59,909 nt of DNA, taken from the IMG/VR virus record IMGVR_UViG_3300020180_000011; one strand, 5' to 3'. Of this stretch, positions 42,506 through 53,457 are shown piece after piece; within the stretch, counting starts at the first letter, position 1; every line of letters begins with the position of its first letter. The notes under the pieces were generated by a model that was given only the letters and a program-made list of their open reading frames with translations, was not told the DNA's origin and searched no databases. Source of the DNA: an uncultured virus (IMG/VR IMGVR_UViG_3300020180_000011). Its lineage: Duplodnaviria; Heunggongvirae; Uroviricota; Caudoviricetes. A program made the position numbers and the translations under genes.

Positions 42506-42791
42506 TACATTCCAGCTCTTTTACTATCAGGGTTATGGGGTGTTCTAGCCTAGTCCGATAGTCTCAGCTTATCTATGGGACATAGCCTTACAGGCATCTA
42601 GGGGACGATTCTAGGCTAGGTTATAGGGTCAAGGTACTAGATATCATAACAGGGTGTAGCCTAGCTTGGGGATAGCGTTAGCAGGGCATACAGGCAACAT
42701 ACAGCCGTAAACATGTGTAGTGCTAGCAGGTATCAGACATTAGGATAGTTCTGTAGGTAGCCTAGGGGATATTCCTAGGGGCTAGCAGGCG

Positions 42792-42852
42792 GGTATTGGT
42801 AGGGGATATTTAGCAGGGTATTGGTAGGGTGTTTACCCAGGTATTGGTAGGG
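42792..42852 (+). repeat. Three direct repeats of GGTATTGGTAGGG
   Basis: Copies start at 42792, 42817 and 42840. Confidence 0.9.
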
Positions 42853-43142
42853 GATTCTATGGCGCTGGCAGGTGTTAAACCTATAGCGTTAGCAGGGGTT
42901 AATCGTGGGCATTCATAGCCTGGTATCGGATATTTTGAAGACTGGTAACATCATAATATTTATCTATGGTTACCATAGATAGGTAGGTATGCCAGTAACA
43001 CAACGTAGTATGCCAGTAGTATAAGTATTTGAGGTATAGAGTGTAGTCTATGATTGGTATAGAGAGGGGGATGTGACAGTTGTTGTGCCAGTTGAGGGGG
43101 TGGTTTGGACACGGTGCTAAATACGTCTGGAAAATGTCACTT

Positions 43143-43171
43143 TTGCATAACACTCCCAAGTCTGTTATCAT
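43143..43171 (+). promoter_or_regulatory. Sigma70-type promoter for the rightward arm
   Basis: TTGCAT-N17-TATCAT with extended TG. Confidence 0.65.
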
Positions 43172-43201
43172 GAACCTACCACATAGTCATCACACCTTAA
43201 C

Positions 43202-43782
43202 ATGGCCCTACATCCCACAGACTTCCTCCAATCGCATCTAGGCGTGTCTCCAGCAGAGTTTGTAGAAGGTTCCGGAGTAATCTCCAACTTCAGGGATAAG
43301 TTCACCAGGGAGCCCTACAAGGTACGTAACGAGAGCATCACCAATCTAACTCCCATTCCAGATAAATCATTCAAGAGCATGGATGATAGTGAGGAGTTTC
43401 AAGCTAAGCAAAAGAAGAAAAGAGTAGGAAAGATTTCCAATGAGCTAACCCCTCCTATCCCTGCCGCTCTTGCCAAACAGGCAAAAGTCAAATTAGTTAA
43501 TTCCTTTAGTCCCTTAGTATAAAAATCATGAAAACCTCCTATACAATGCTCACCAAAGGTGAAGACGGCCTCAAACAATATGAGAAAATCATTGCAGTAA
43601 CCTTAGAGCTACAAAAACTGATTGATGAAATGCTAACTCCTTCTGGTCTAATGTTACCTACACAGATAATCATTAACTTGCCATCTACTAGCGAAACAGT
43701 ATCTAAGTTTATTACAGACACCAATCCAAGTACTGAGTGTCAACTAATAGTAACCACCCCTAGCACAATGAAGGTTTTATGA
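43202..43782 (+). other. Two hypothetical genes (43202-43522, 43528-43782)
   Basis: First ORFs of the + arm. Confidence 0.6.
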
Positions 43783-44087
43783 ACTACACCAACGACAACA
43801 TTGCTGAACTATTTTCATATCATCCTGCTACCCCCGAAACTACCGCCAAGTACGAAGCCATCAACAATGCAGTCATTGAGCTAGCCTATCTAGTAAATGA
43901 GTTTATTGAACAGGGTGATGGTAAACAAAACGCCATGTACCAATTGAATATTGCTCGTATGTCGATTAATTCGGCTATTGCTAACGATGTAGTTTTCGAG
44001 CATAAACTAAACGAGATGTATGCTTCTGAAGAGTACCGTGCTAAAGTTGCAGCTGACCATGCACGATATGCTTTGCTTCGTACATAA
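43779..44087 (+). CDS. Acb2/Tad1-like helical-hairpin protein (possible cyclic-nucleotide sponge)
   Basis: F.YH.......YEAI.....LA........K..A...L..A.M..N.AIA pattern. Confidence 0.6.
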   Translation: MNYTNDNIAELFSYHPATPETTAKYEAINNAVIELAYLVNEFIEQGDGKQNAMYQLNIARMSINSAIANDVVFEHKLNEMYASEEYRAKVAADHARYALLRT

Positions 44088-44106
44088 GAACTAGCTCTGC
44101 CTATCT

Positions 44107-44646
44107 ATGCGAAACAAACCTATTAAGATGAGCAGCGCAGCTGGCGCAGGGAACGCAGTGACCAAGCTAAAAGAGAGACAGTATGGCAATGCATTCCTTT
44201 CTCTCAATCAAGTAGGCACTCTACAAAGAGAAGTAGTCACTCCGGTAGGCAACATAGACTTCATCTGGCATCACCCCGCTAGAGGTACGGGTATAGTAGA
44301 ACTCAAGCACTACAAAAGTATCAAACATGCTATAGGACAAGTGTTGGCCTATCGGCCCTTTGTACCTAACTGTAGTTTCTTAGAGATTGTTTACTTCGAG
44401 TACTGCGTAGCAAAGAACGTTTCCTTGCCCAAGGTGGATGCTTCATATGCTAGCCTATCTCGCAACAACAACATACCCCTAATGTTTTCTAACGTTCTTC
44501 AGTATGTTCCTCTGAATTATTTATTAGAGCTATCAAAACCGTGCGAAGAAGAGCAGATTTCAGAAGCAAATATAACTTACACCATGATATCAACAATCCC
44601 CATCTCAAGCATGGAAGACCCCAACCAGAGGCATATGCAATGGTAA
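44107..44646 (+). CDS. PD-(D/E)XK nuclease-like protein
   Basis: REV.TPVGNID...IVELK...KHAIGQVLAY. Confidence 0.7.
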   Translation: MRNKPIKMSSAAGAGNAVTKLKERQYGNAFLSLNQVGTLQREVVTPVGNIDFIWHHPARGTGIVELKHYKSIKHAIGQVLAYRPFVPNCSFLEIVYFEYCVAKNVSLPKVDASYASLSRNNNIPLMFSNVLQYVPLNYLLELSKPCEEEQISEANITYTMISTIPISSMEDPNQRHMQW

Positions 44647-45434
44647 ACAACTATGATGAAGTTCCTGCTCAACCGGAGAACCTACCTATTGAACTATCAG
44701 GTAGCATTGCTCCTAAGTATGTAGAAGAGCCTGAAGATACGAATAGTGAGCATCTTTTCAGCCACTTATCTGTCAATCCTGTAGTCAGAGTTAACCCTAC
44801 AGATAGCATCAACCACAGCTCTTGGACTGAAATTAAGCAGGCATACATCCTAGGAGAAAGAGGAGTATCAGATTCTGGTGCAATCATCTCCAATGACATT
44901 TCCTTGCGGCAGATTTCATTTCTTTACAGGGTGAGCTACAAGACTATTAGAGGCAGAGCTAAATCTGAAGGATGGTTGAAGCATAGGCAAGCCTATCTAA
45001 CTCGCATCAACGATATCAATGCAGGTATGTTGCTTGACTATCACAACCAAGAAGCACTAGACTCAGAAGCTGCATCAGCCAACGCACTAACCAAGATTCT
45101 AGTAGTACTGGATACCTTCATAGACAGTAAGTATGGAGATATACTAGCTACTATGGATGACCCTACTAAACAATTGACTTCATCTGACAAAGAAGCTATT
45201 GTAGGTCAGACCTCAGTAACAGAGCTAAAAGAGTTAACCAATATGCTTGGTAACATCTACAAAACTCAAAGAACCATCTACGATAACTCCCCTACGGGAC
45301 AACAGGCTAAGATACAACTAGAGCAACAGAAATCTGGTAAGTTTACAGGTGAAGGTGACACCGCCCTGACTGACAAACAAAGAAGCGCTTTGATTAACTC
45401 TGTTAGAGCTAAATTGGATAACCTATCGTCCTAG
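44640..45434 (+). CDS. Putative terminase small subunit (start revised to MVNN)
   Basis: W.EIK.AY..G...SLRQI...VS..TIR.RAK.EGW HTH; directly upstream of TerL. Confidence 0.65.
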   Translation: MVNNYDEVPAQPENLPIELSGSIAPKYVEEPEDTNSEHLFSHLSVNPVVRVNPTDSINHSSWTEIKQAYILGERGVSDSGAIISNDISLRQISFLYRVSYKTIRGRAKSEGWLKHRQAYLTRINDINAGMLLDYHNQEALDSEAASANALTKILVVLDTFIDSKYGDILATMDDPTKQLTSSDKEAIVGQTSVTELKELTNMLGNIYKTQRTIYDNSPTGQQAKIQLEQQKSGKFTGEGDTALTDKQRSALINSVRAKLDNLSS

Positions 45435-45635
45435 ATAGGTTGTACGATTGACCAAACTAGACAACTTGAGCTCTTAGCGAGAGTTGCATAGTTCCCCAAA
45501 TTGGATAACCTATGAACGTATCTACTAGACTGGTGATTTTAAAATGGTTAGTATCATCCTCTATTGCTATATTGCTGATTAGTATAGTGGTGAGCACAGT
45601 TTATAAACCTGCACCTGTACTGGGAGTAACTACCA

Positions 45636-47297
45636 TTGACTAAGAGCATAGGCGGTACGTCTGACACATATTCTCACCTATCTGACTATGAGCTACTACA
45701 ACTAAACAAAGCTCTAGTAGAAGAGATGTATGAGGCTAGTGAGAAATCACTGTACTCATTTTTTATTAACTTTTGGAACACGTTTGACCCTAGTGTGTTG
45801 GTAAGTAACTGGCACCTAGAATGTCTATGTGAGCATGCTGAAGCAGCCGCTAACCGAGAGATACGTAGGCTCACAGTAACCATTCCGCCTCGGATGAGCA
45901 AGTCTACAGTGCATTCTATGTGCTTACCTGCATGGCAGTTGTTGAGACAACCAGACGAAGAGTTCTGGCTAATGAGTCATACGTTAGACCTATGTATTCA
46001 GAACATTAGATACACCAGACGTATCTTTGACCATCCTCTATACAAAGACAGATGGTTAGATGTCAATAGTCCTAACTACCGCTTCTCATTAGCTAGTGAC
46101 CAGAATACTAAGACTCGTATTGATACCAGTAAAGGTGGAGGTATTAAGAGCGGTGCTCCTAGGTCATCTGTCTTAGGAAAAGGCTATACCATAGCAGTCT
46201 TAGATGACATGCTTGACTCCCAGGACTGGAATAACCCAGCAGGTATACAAGAGGTCAATGACTGGTATTCACAGACTTTCATGAACCGTTCTAATGACAA
46301 CAACAACGATGTAGTCATCAATGTACAACAGAGACTAGCAGCATCTGACTTACATTCATATGTCATGGATTCTTACAAAGAACAAGGATGGTTTCATCTC
46401 AACTTACCTGCTAGGTACGATAGCAAGAAGACATTTTTTAGTCCTATAGGATTTAACGACAAGCGCAGCAAAGAACGAGAATTACTTGATGGCGTTCGCC
46501 TATCTGACAGCTTCCTGATAGAGCAAGAAAAGAACCCTATCATCTATCAGACTAGGTATCAACAAGACCCTGACCTATCTAACGACACTAACTTTTTTCT
46601 AGCGGATTATTGGCAGACAACTCCCTTCAAGAATATATCTAGAGAACAGCAAGTTATTGTATGGGATTTGTCATTTACAGATAGTCCTAAGTCTACATAC
46701 ACAGTTGGATTGGTAATGGAGCTATACCAAGATAATTACTATGTTGTAGATATGTACCGCAAACTGGCTGACCCTACTATGCAGGTAGAAGCAGTTGAAA
46801 GGATGTATAGGAAATATCCGTATGCTATCACAGCTATTGAGCTGAAAGCCAATGGTCACTCTGTAGTTAACACACTAGAAACTAGGGTACCTAAGATACT
46901 CAAACTAGAGCCTAGACATTATGGTGGTAGCAAGTCCCAAAGATTTGGTTCAATCATGCATCTATGCAAATCCAAAAAGGTATGGTTCTATGCACCTAAC
47001 ATGATTGACAGCAAGCTAGAGCCTGATTACTATGTGGAAGACATCCAGAAGGAGTTAACTGGCTTTCCTTTGTTCCAGCACAACGACATAGTAGATTGTT
47101 TTTCTTACGGTCTTCAGGTTCTTCAACAGTTCTCAGGAGATAATACTCTAATGGTTACTGGAGGAGAGCAGATGAAAGTATCAGATGCTGACTGGGATAG
47201 GAAGCCTACTATCTATGATGTATCTCAAGACCATATGCTAGATGTTTATGTAGATGCACTATCTAGCAGACAAGATATTTTGGACATGCAATGGTAA
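45636..47297 (+). CDS. terL: Terminase large subunit
   Basis: NWHL..LC; IPPRMSKST Walker A; AVLDD Walker B; YQQ.P; nuclease motifs WDLS and HNDIVD. Confidence 0.92.
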   Translation: MTKSIGGTSDTYSHLSDYELLQLNKALVEEMYEASEKSLYSFFINFWNTFDPSVLVSNWHLECLCEHAEAAANREIRRLTVTIPPRMSKSTVHSMCLPAWQLLRQPDEEFWLMSHTLDLCIQNIRYTRRIFDHPLYKDRWLDVNSPNYRFSLASDQNTKTRIDTSKGGGIKSGAPRSSVLGKGYTIAVLDDMLDSQDWNNPAGIQEVNDWYSQTFMNRSNDNNNDVVINVQQRLAASDLHSYVMDSYKEQGWFHLNLPARYDSKKTFFSPIGFNDKRSKERELLDGVRLSDSFLIEQEKNPIIYQTRYQQDPDLSNDTNFFLADYWQTTPFKNISREQQVIVWDLSFTDSPKSTYTVGLVMELYQDNYYVVDMYRKLADPTMQVEAVERMYRKYPYAITAIELKANGHSVVNTLETRVPKILKLEPRHYGGSKSQRFGSIMHLCKSKKVWFYAPNMIDSKLEPDYYVEDIQKELTGFPLFQHNDIVDCFSYGLQVLQQFSGDNTLMVTGGEQMKVSDADWDRKPTIYDVSQDHMLDVYVDALSSRQDILDMQW

Positions 47298-47301
47298 TTA
47301 C

Positions 47302-49176
47302 ATGAGCAACATAGTCAAACATAGCTTCGGAGCTAATATACCTACAGCATCAGAGCTTAGCTTGGGTGAGATAGCGCTATGGATACAGTCCGGTAAAGCT
47401 AGGTTGTTCACCAAAACTTTAACTAACGAGGTATTGGAGATATCCCCATCGGTTGAGTACCTATCTCAGTTACTAGATGTAGACCTAACTGCAGCCAAAG
47501 AAGGTAGCTATCTAGTTAAACAAGGGGACAAGTTTGTAGCATCCAATGTAGTAGGAAACATTGGCGACTTGACTAACGTAGAGCTTATAGGAACTGTAGC
47601 AGACAGACAGTACTTAAGATACGACAGTCTGTATGAGGCATTCATAAATGTTTATCCTTCATACAACCTACATGAACTATCTGATGTGGATGTGGCTCTG
47701 CCTACCAACAGCGTAGCATCCCTGGCACAAGAAAATCAAAGCCTATATTATGAGCACTCCTCTGGTACATTCAAGACTAGAGACAGACGTAACCTACTAG
47801 ACCAATTAGATGATGTAAATATTGTACCGGAAGAGTTTCCCTCCAATAAATTGTTGGTAGAGAACTCCTTAGGTATCTGGAGTCCTCAAACATTAGATAT
47901 CTCGAATGATACCACTCCCGACTTAGGAGGAAACCTAGATTGCAATAACTTTTTTGTGTTGAACCAGGGCTATGCAGTCAACTACATTGATGTGTCGTTG
48001 CCTATACATCAAGTTAACTATGACTTAGGTGATTATTGGATTGTCAATGGTGTTAGCTCCTCTACCGTATCAAGCACTGTCATCAACATAAACGCTACTC
48101 CTTTACTGGACAGCGCCTTTGTCTTGATGTTAGAGATACGACAGAATACTGGTCAAATACTAATAGGTGGATTGACTAACGTTAGGTACGAAGACGGTAA
48201 ACCTATCTTACTATCCGGCAATGGAAAGACTGACCTAGTATCTATCCTAATCACCAATGAGACAGGTATAGGTATAACCAGTACAGTAACATCCTCTGCA
48301 CTTAACCTAGCAGCCTCAGGAGCAGGTGGTACAGTAGCAGAACGATATTCAGGTAGTGGAGGAGGTGCAGGAGGCTCTGTCAGTGCTCAGGTGTTTACTG
48401 AAGGTAGTTTGTATGATGACTACTATGAGTATGTTCAGCTGTTGCTCAACTTTGAAGATGAAGTAGCTACAGGCAAGGCGTGGAACTTAGACAAAAGTAC
48501 CTCTAGTCATCCATGTACTACTACAGCTACTCAGGCATCTACTAACTACCTGACTTTTGGTATCCGCGAATATGTAGCTAACTTCCCTACGCTAAGCTCT
48601 GAGATAGTAGTTAACCCGGTTGTACCTATCTTAATGGAAGGTGACTTCACTCTAGAGTTTTATGTTAACTATGCTAATAATGCTTTGTTTGCTGGTGTAT
48701 CAGGTATCTTTCATAGGTATTTTGATAGTACCAATTTGAGAATGCAGTATAGATTGACAGCAGGATATGCAGACTTTGAAGTTGTCTTACTTGGTTCTAC
48801 CTATCTGTTTTCTAATGCTGTTCGTTCATTCCGTAACCAGAACAATAGATATGTACATGTAGCTTTAGTTAGGTCAGGTAACACCTTATCTCTGTTTGTA
48901 GATGGATACATCTATGATTGCAATATAGATTTATCGCCTGTATCTATTGCAAATGTAAGTATCTCTAGTGCAACTATTAACCTGCAAGGAAACCTTAATA
49001 GCGTGAGATTGACGAGCATAGCTAGGTATCCTATAGCTGCAGTAGAGTTTGCTGTACCTAACATGAGGTTTGGTCTGACAGGTGGAGCAGAAGAGCTACT
49101 AGAAGACTATATCTTCAATACTTCTCACTACTTAGGAGAGATGGAGATTGAGCATGAGATGTTTGATATATGCTAA
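47302..49176 (+). CDS. Virion/tail protein with L.DL.DV repeats and C-terminal LamG-like domain
   Basis: L.EL.DV repeats, DTTP.LGGNLD, LLLNFE..DFTLEFYV..HVALVRSG..LFVDG. Confidence 0.75.
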   Translation: MSNIVKHSFGANIPTASELSLGEIALWIQSGKARLFTKTLTNEVLEISPSVEYLSQLLDVDLTAAKEGSYLVKQGDKFVASNVVGNIGDLTNVELIGTVADRQYLRYDSLYEAFINVYPSYNLHELSDVDVALPTNSVASLAQENQSLYYEHSSGTFKTRDRRNLLDQLDDVNIVPEEFPSNKLLVENSLGIWSPQTLDISNDTTPDLGGNLDCNNFFVLNQGYAVNYIDVSLPIHQVNYDLGDYWIVNGVSSSTVSSTVININATPLLDSAFVLMLEIRQNTGQILIGGLTNVRYEDGKPILLSGNGKTDLVSILITNETGIGITSTVTSSALNLAASGAGGTVAERYSGSGGGAGGSVSAQVFTEGSLYDDYYEYVQLLLNFEDEVATGKAWNLDKSTSSHPCTTTATQASTNYLTFGIREYVANFPTLSSEIVVNPVVPILMEGDFTLEFYVNYANNALFAGVSGIFHRYFDSTNLRMQYRLTAGYADFEVVLLGSTYLFSNAVRSFRNQNNRYVHVALVRSGNTLSLFVDGYIYDCNIDLSPVSIANVSISSATINLQGNLNSVRLTSIARYPIAAVEFAVPNMRFGLTGGAEELLEDYIFNTSHYLGEMEIEHEMFDIC

Positions 49177-50228
49177 TAAAAAGTTCAACTGGCATACCTA
49201 TCTCCTCAGACATTAGGTATGGTGAGGTAGTACTCAATCTAGATGAAGCAAGACTATACACTCTAGATTTAAATAACAATGCAGTTATTGCAGACTATCC
49301 TAGGTATCTAGCAGAATTCAAAGACTTTGTACCTACTACTTATGCTGATGGTTATCTAATATCTACTAATGGCAATACTTTTTCCTTGCAGAGCTTGCCT
49401 TTCATAGGTATAGCTGAGTTAGGAGGTACAGCAAATATAGATATTAGTTCAGGTAAGTACTTAGCCCTAATGTCTGGTAAAGTTACTACAGATGCTACGC
49501 CTATCTTTTCAGTGTTTGACTTAGGTGATGTCAAAACTTTGAGTGCGCTAGAAAAAAGCTTATTCGATGGTTTTGTATTAACCTATGCAAACATTCCTGC
49601 AGTATCTACTAAGGATTACTTCACAGATAATTACTTGGGTCAATGGACATTGAGACCTGAGCTTAAGTCAGTTAGGTTAGCTCAAGACATTCAATATACC
49701 CCTAATGCAATAAGCGATACACAGTTAGCTGTAAGTAACTACAGAATACTCAGGCAACTGTCTAAGCAACAAGTTACTGCTACAGGTAAACAATTAACTA
49801 CAGACACTCTGCACGTCTCTGCAGACCCTTCACCTACATTGGGAGGCAATCTATCATCTAACAAGCGTAACCTCATTAAGAGAGCTTACAGCGTACATAC
49901 AGAGAATGTTAGTAACGAGTTGTCTGCTGTAACTATAAGTTTGGCTAAAGACATTACAAGTATCTACTGTACTATAGATGTACTACAGCTAACTATAAGT
50001 TTTTCTAACGTGCCTACTTCCCTAGATAGGCAGAGAATTGGAGCTATAAATGTCTACAATCTTACTGGTTCTATAGTATTTAGTGGCAGTAACGTAGTGT
50101 ACGAGAATGGCTTTGCCTTACCTGCTAGCTTTCCTACTAACATCTATACTTATTGTGTAAGCAACAGCTCTATACAGCTATTGCACAGAGCCTCTAACCT
50201 AACTAAGACTAACTATGCGCCTGTTTAA
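49170..50228 (+). CDS. Virion/tail protein related to the previous gene
   Basis: Shared D..P.LGGNL and YE.G motifs. Confidence 0.65.
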   Translation: MLIKSSTGIPISSDIRYGEVVLNLDEARLYTLDLNNNAVIADYPRYLAEFKDFVPTTYADGYLISTNGNTFSLQSLPFIGIAELGGTANIDISSGKYLALMSGKVTTDATPIFSVFDLGDVKTLSALEKSLFDGFVLTYANIPAVSTKDYFTDNYLGQWTLRPELKSVRLAQDIQYTPNAISDTQLAVSNYRILRQLSKQQVTATGKQLTTDTLHVSADPSPTLGGNLSSNKRNLIKRAYSVHTENVSNELSAVTISLAKDITSIYCTIDVLQLTISFSNVPTSLDRQRIGAINVYNLTGSIVFSGSNVVYENGFALPASFPTNIYTYCVSNSSIQLLHRASNLTKTNYAPV

Positions 50229-53200
50229 CAGCTATGCTAGGACATTTTCTAAGGGATACACAATCACTCCAGAGGTGTACGGGTTAGCTAAAACATATCC
50301 ATCTTTGAATGGTCTGTATCTAGCTTTACCTGACTATGTGCAAGATAGTAAGATAGGTGTCTTTGGTGCAAGTAAGGTGCTAACTTGGTACAACTCTTTG
50401 CAAGATACCAATTACCTTTATTCTGTTACAGACAATCCTGCAACATCTCCTACTCTAATTGAGTCAGATGCTCAGTTCAATAATCAGCCTTGTATAGACT
50501 TTCCTGATGAAGGTAATACTTCACTAAGGTTTAAGTTTCCTGTAGTAATTGGTACTATGTTTGTTGTTTACATGACTAGAGATAGCTCAGCCTATCTTGT
50601 GTATGCCCCTAGAGAAACTAATCCACCTAGTCAAAATGATAAATTGTATTACGATGCTTTTCCTCCTGGCCCTAATGGTACTTTGTGGGGTGATGAAGTT
50701 CTGAACAATAACAATAGTAGTGTGTTCTTATCTAATACCCGCATTAACAAGAACCCTGTAACTAACAATGTGTTTGTAGTAGAAGGTTCTGCTAGATTAC
50801 TTACTGTTTACGGCTTTAACAGACCTGATGGTAGAGAATCTATCTCAGGGTTTGGAGGAAGAAGCGGTGATATAGGAGGTAGAGAGAACAAGTATGCTGT
50901 AGACGGTTCTAAAAGTGTAGCTGGTAAGATTGCCGCTATAGTTACATTTGAAGATGTGTTGACTGTAGAACAGATTAGGTCTATTGAAGATATATTGAGT
51001 GATTTGTACATTAACTACTCAGGCATTGTACTAACTACCACACCTGCCCTAAAAGCTATTGTCAATGAGGTATTTGCCTTTGATTTTACTCCGGTTACGT
51101 TAGATGAGTTTTATCCTATAGACTCATGGAACCTAATAGGTGATGCATCAGATATTGGTTTATCTTTTATTGGTGGAGTATTACAAGGAACTCCTACTTA
51201 CATATATGAATCCGATGTAATTATACGTATAACCAACACCAATGGGGATGTAAGAGACTTTAATGTGCCTCTGTTAGTCTGTCACAAAGACCCTATAGTT
51301 CCCATACTGCCTCAACTAGGCAATATTGTGTTAGTTTTGTCTAGCTCTAAAGATGCTATTGATGGAGGCTCTTACGGCATTAAGTCTGCGCCATCAAATG
51401 AGCTAATCTACTGGGATGATGCTAGACGATTAGCTAATAAAACATTGAATAGAGTTACAGTATCAGACATAGTACAGCCTGCACCTACATACCTCGCTAG
51501 TGATGCTTTGTTTGCTGGACAGCCTGTAGTTATCTTTGCGTTCAACAATAGGCTAGAGCTTGCCCAAGAGGTGACAGGGAGAACATTCTTGTGGGTATAC
51601 CTGCAAACTGCCAATACACCAAGACAGATGCTAGATACCTTCCCAGACATAAAAGGTAATGGGGAGCTATGGACAGTACCTAACACTGCTACAGTACATG
51701 GCACTACTCCAGTAACTTCATTGGTTACTAAAGTACATAAAGTCCCTGTCAATACTTTGAGTTACAAGCTGCCTATTGGTACAGCCTATTTTATTACCGC
51801 CAAGGCTGAGTCGGGTAGTGTTAACTTCAAAGGATTTAGATACGGTGTAGGTAAGTTAGCTTTTTTCTGCAGTTGGTCTACCTTAGTTACTGATAGTGAC
51901 TTAGCCATACTAATAGCATCTTTGACTGAAAGATATTACACAGATTTTAGACCTTTTATCTTCTCTACCTTGACTGAATACAAGTACGCTACGCCTATTC
52001 AAGTAGATTTATCTACTAAAGTGATTGATTTACGTAATCAAACTCTTAGCTACAATATTCTAACGAACCATAATAGTGCAGTAATTACTAACAACCTGCT
52101 TGACTTCAGCGCAAGTACTGATGAGACATTGCCTTTTTCTATACAGGCTACCAATACTTCTTTACTTAGTTCTACACTAAACTTCAATGTAGAAGTTATT
52201 CTAAGAACCAATCCTTTGTATTTGTTTTTTAGAAATAACTTTACAGACTTCTCTGCGTTCTTTATTACTTTGAATGAGAGTATTGTATATAGCCTCACAA
52301 TAGTAAATACTTGGATGGATTATAGAGGAGCACCTACTACTTTTGGGTCTAGCAATGTCTCTGTAGCTACCAGGTATGAGCTAGACAACAAACCTGGTAT
52401 GGACTTTGATGTAGATGGCTCAGACTTCTTTACAGGAAGCGCTGCAGTGTCCGGTAGATGCTTTGTGTTTGGATACATACGTAATCCCTTAGCTACAGGC
52501 AGAGCTTTGTTACTAGGTCAAGATAGTACTGGAGACTTTTTATCTGGTACTGCAGGCACACTATGGGATGCTGCAGCTACGTCTAGCTCAGTACTTAATG
52601 GGTCTAGCTATGTGAATGGTAGAGTAGTCTCCAATAGCTACGTACTGCCTTCTGGAGTACTAGATGTATTAGTTATAAACACCACCGCTACTATGAGTTT
52701 TACAAGCATAGCCAAGGACAGGGCTTTTACAGATAGAAGTGTTAAAGGTCAGATAGCTTTTATGTGTGTTCTGCAAGACAATGTAACCGCACAGCAAGCT
52801 AACTCTATCAATGCAGGCGTTAGAGACTACTATGATTCACAAAAAAAAGTCGTTCAGCTAGCTTTTGATGGTACCCTAAATGATTCAGGAGATAGGTCTA
52901 AAGTACCTACAGGGCCACTATCTTTTGATACTATATTTAAGTTTGGAGGTAACTCTAGGCTACTGTTTAGCAACAACACGATAAATCCTGTAACAATACC
53001 AAACAGTACAGACTTTGCGTTTCTTATGGAAGATTTTACTATTAGTTTGTGGCTGTATATCAACAATGTTATTGTTACTGGAAACAAAGCTGTATTGTAC
53101 AATCAAACTAACTTAGTAATATTTATAGAGGCAGGTATTTTGTATGTGTCTAGAGTTGCGTTTACTTCAGGCAGTATATTGTCATACACATTGCCCGGAA

Positions 53201-53457
53201 GTATTTATAGCTCTAATATCTTTCATCAAATACAGTTAGGTAGAAAAAATAATGTATTGTACCTGTTCTTTAACGGTACTTTAGTAGGTAGTACACCAGA
53301 CAATATTGAATACATAGACTACAATACCCCTGTAGTACTTGGTCAAGGAGACCTATCTAACACAGGGGCAATTAAACTCTTAATAGACGACTTCGTGGTA
53401 TTTAGACGTAACTGTTTAAATACTACAAACTTTATTCTTCCGACAAGTCCTTACTAA
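50215..53457 (+). CDS. Large virion protein with repeated lectin/Ig-like modules and C-terminal LamG domain
   Basis: Three internal repeats (FNNQPCIDF / FAGQPVVIF / LDNKPGMDF); DFTISLW..IDDFVV. Confidence 0.75.
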   Translation: MRLFNSYARTFSKGYTITPEVYGLAKTYPSLNGLYLALPDYVQDSKIGVFGASKVLTWYNSLQDTNYLYSVTDNPATSPTLIESDAQFNNQPCIDFPDEGNTSLRFKFPVVIGTMFVVYMTRDSSAYLVYAPRETNPPSQNDKLYYDAFPPGPNGTLWGDEVLNNNNSSVFLSNTRINKNPVTNNVFVVEGSARLLTVYGFNRPDGRESISGFGGRSGDIGGRENKYAVDGSKSVAGKIAAIVTFEDVLTVEQIRSIEDILSDLYINYSGIVLTTTPALKAIVNEVFAFDFTPVTLDEFYPIDSWNLIGDASDIGLSFIGGVLQGTPTYIYESDVIIRITNTNGDVRDFNVPLLVCHKDPIVPILPQLGNIVLVLSSSKDAIDGGSYGIKSAPSNELIYWDDARRLANKTLNRVTVSDIVQPAPTYLASDALFAGQPVVIFAFNNRLELAQEVTGRTFLWVYLQTANTPRQMLDTFPDIKGNGELWTVPNTATVHGTTPVTSLVTKVHKVPVNTLSYKLPIGTAYFITAKAESGSVNFKGFRYGVGKLAFFCSWSTLVTDSDLAILIASLTERYYTDFRPFIFSTLTEYKYATPIQVDLSTKVIDLRNQTLSYNILTNHNSAVITNNLLDFSASTDETLPFSIQATNTSLLSSTLNFNVEVILRTNPLYLFFRNNFTDFSAFFITLNESIVYSLTIVNTWMDYRGAPTTFGSSNVSVATRYELDNKPGMDFDVDGSDFFTGSAAVSGRCFVFGYIRNPLATGRALLLGQDSTGDFLSGTAGTLWDAAATSSSVLNGSSYVNGRVVSNSYVLPSGVLDVLVINTTATMSFTSIAKDRAFTDRSVKGQIAFMCVLQDNVTAQQANSINAGVRDYYDSQKKVVQLAFDGTLNDSGDRSKVPTGPLSFDTIFKFGGNSRLLFSNNTINPVTIPNSTDFAFLMEDFTISLWLYINNVIVTGNKAVLYNQTNLVIFIEAGILYVSRVAFTSGSILSYTLPGSIYSSNIFHQIQLGRKNNVLYLFFNGTLVGSTPDNIEYIDYNTPVVLGQGDLSNTGAIKLLIDDFVVFRRNCLNTTNFILPTSPY

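Noticed and set aside
42792..42852. Possible mini CRISPR array
   Set aside because: Repeats are 13 bp with 10-12 bp spacers, far too short; no cas genes in the window
42899..43171. 90-aa minus ORF
   Set aside because: Lies in the repeat/promoter region, no RBS, composition reflects DNA repeats
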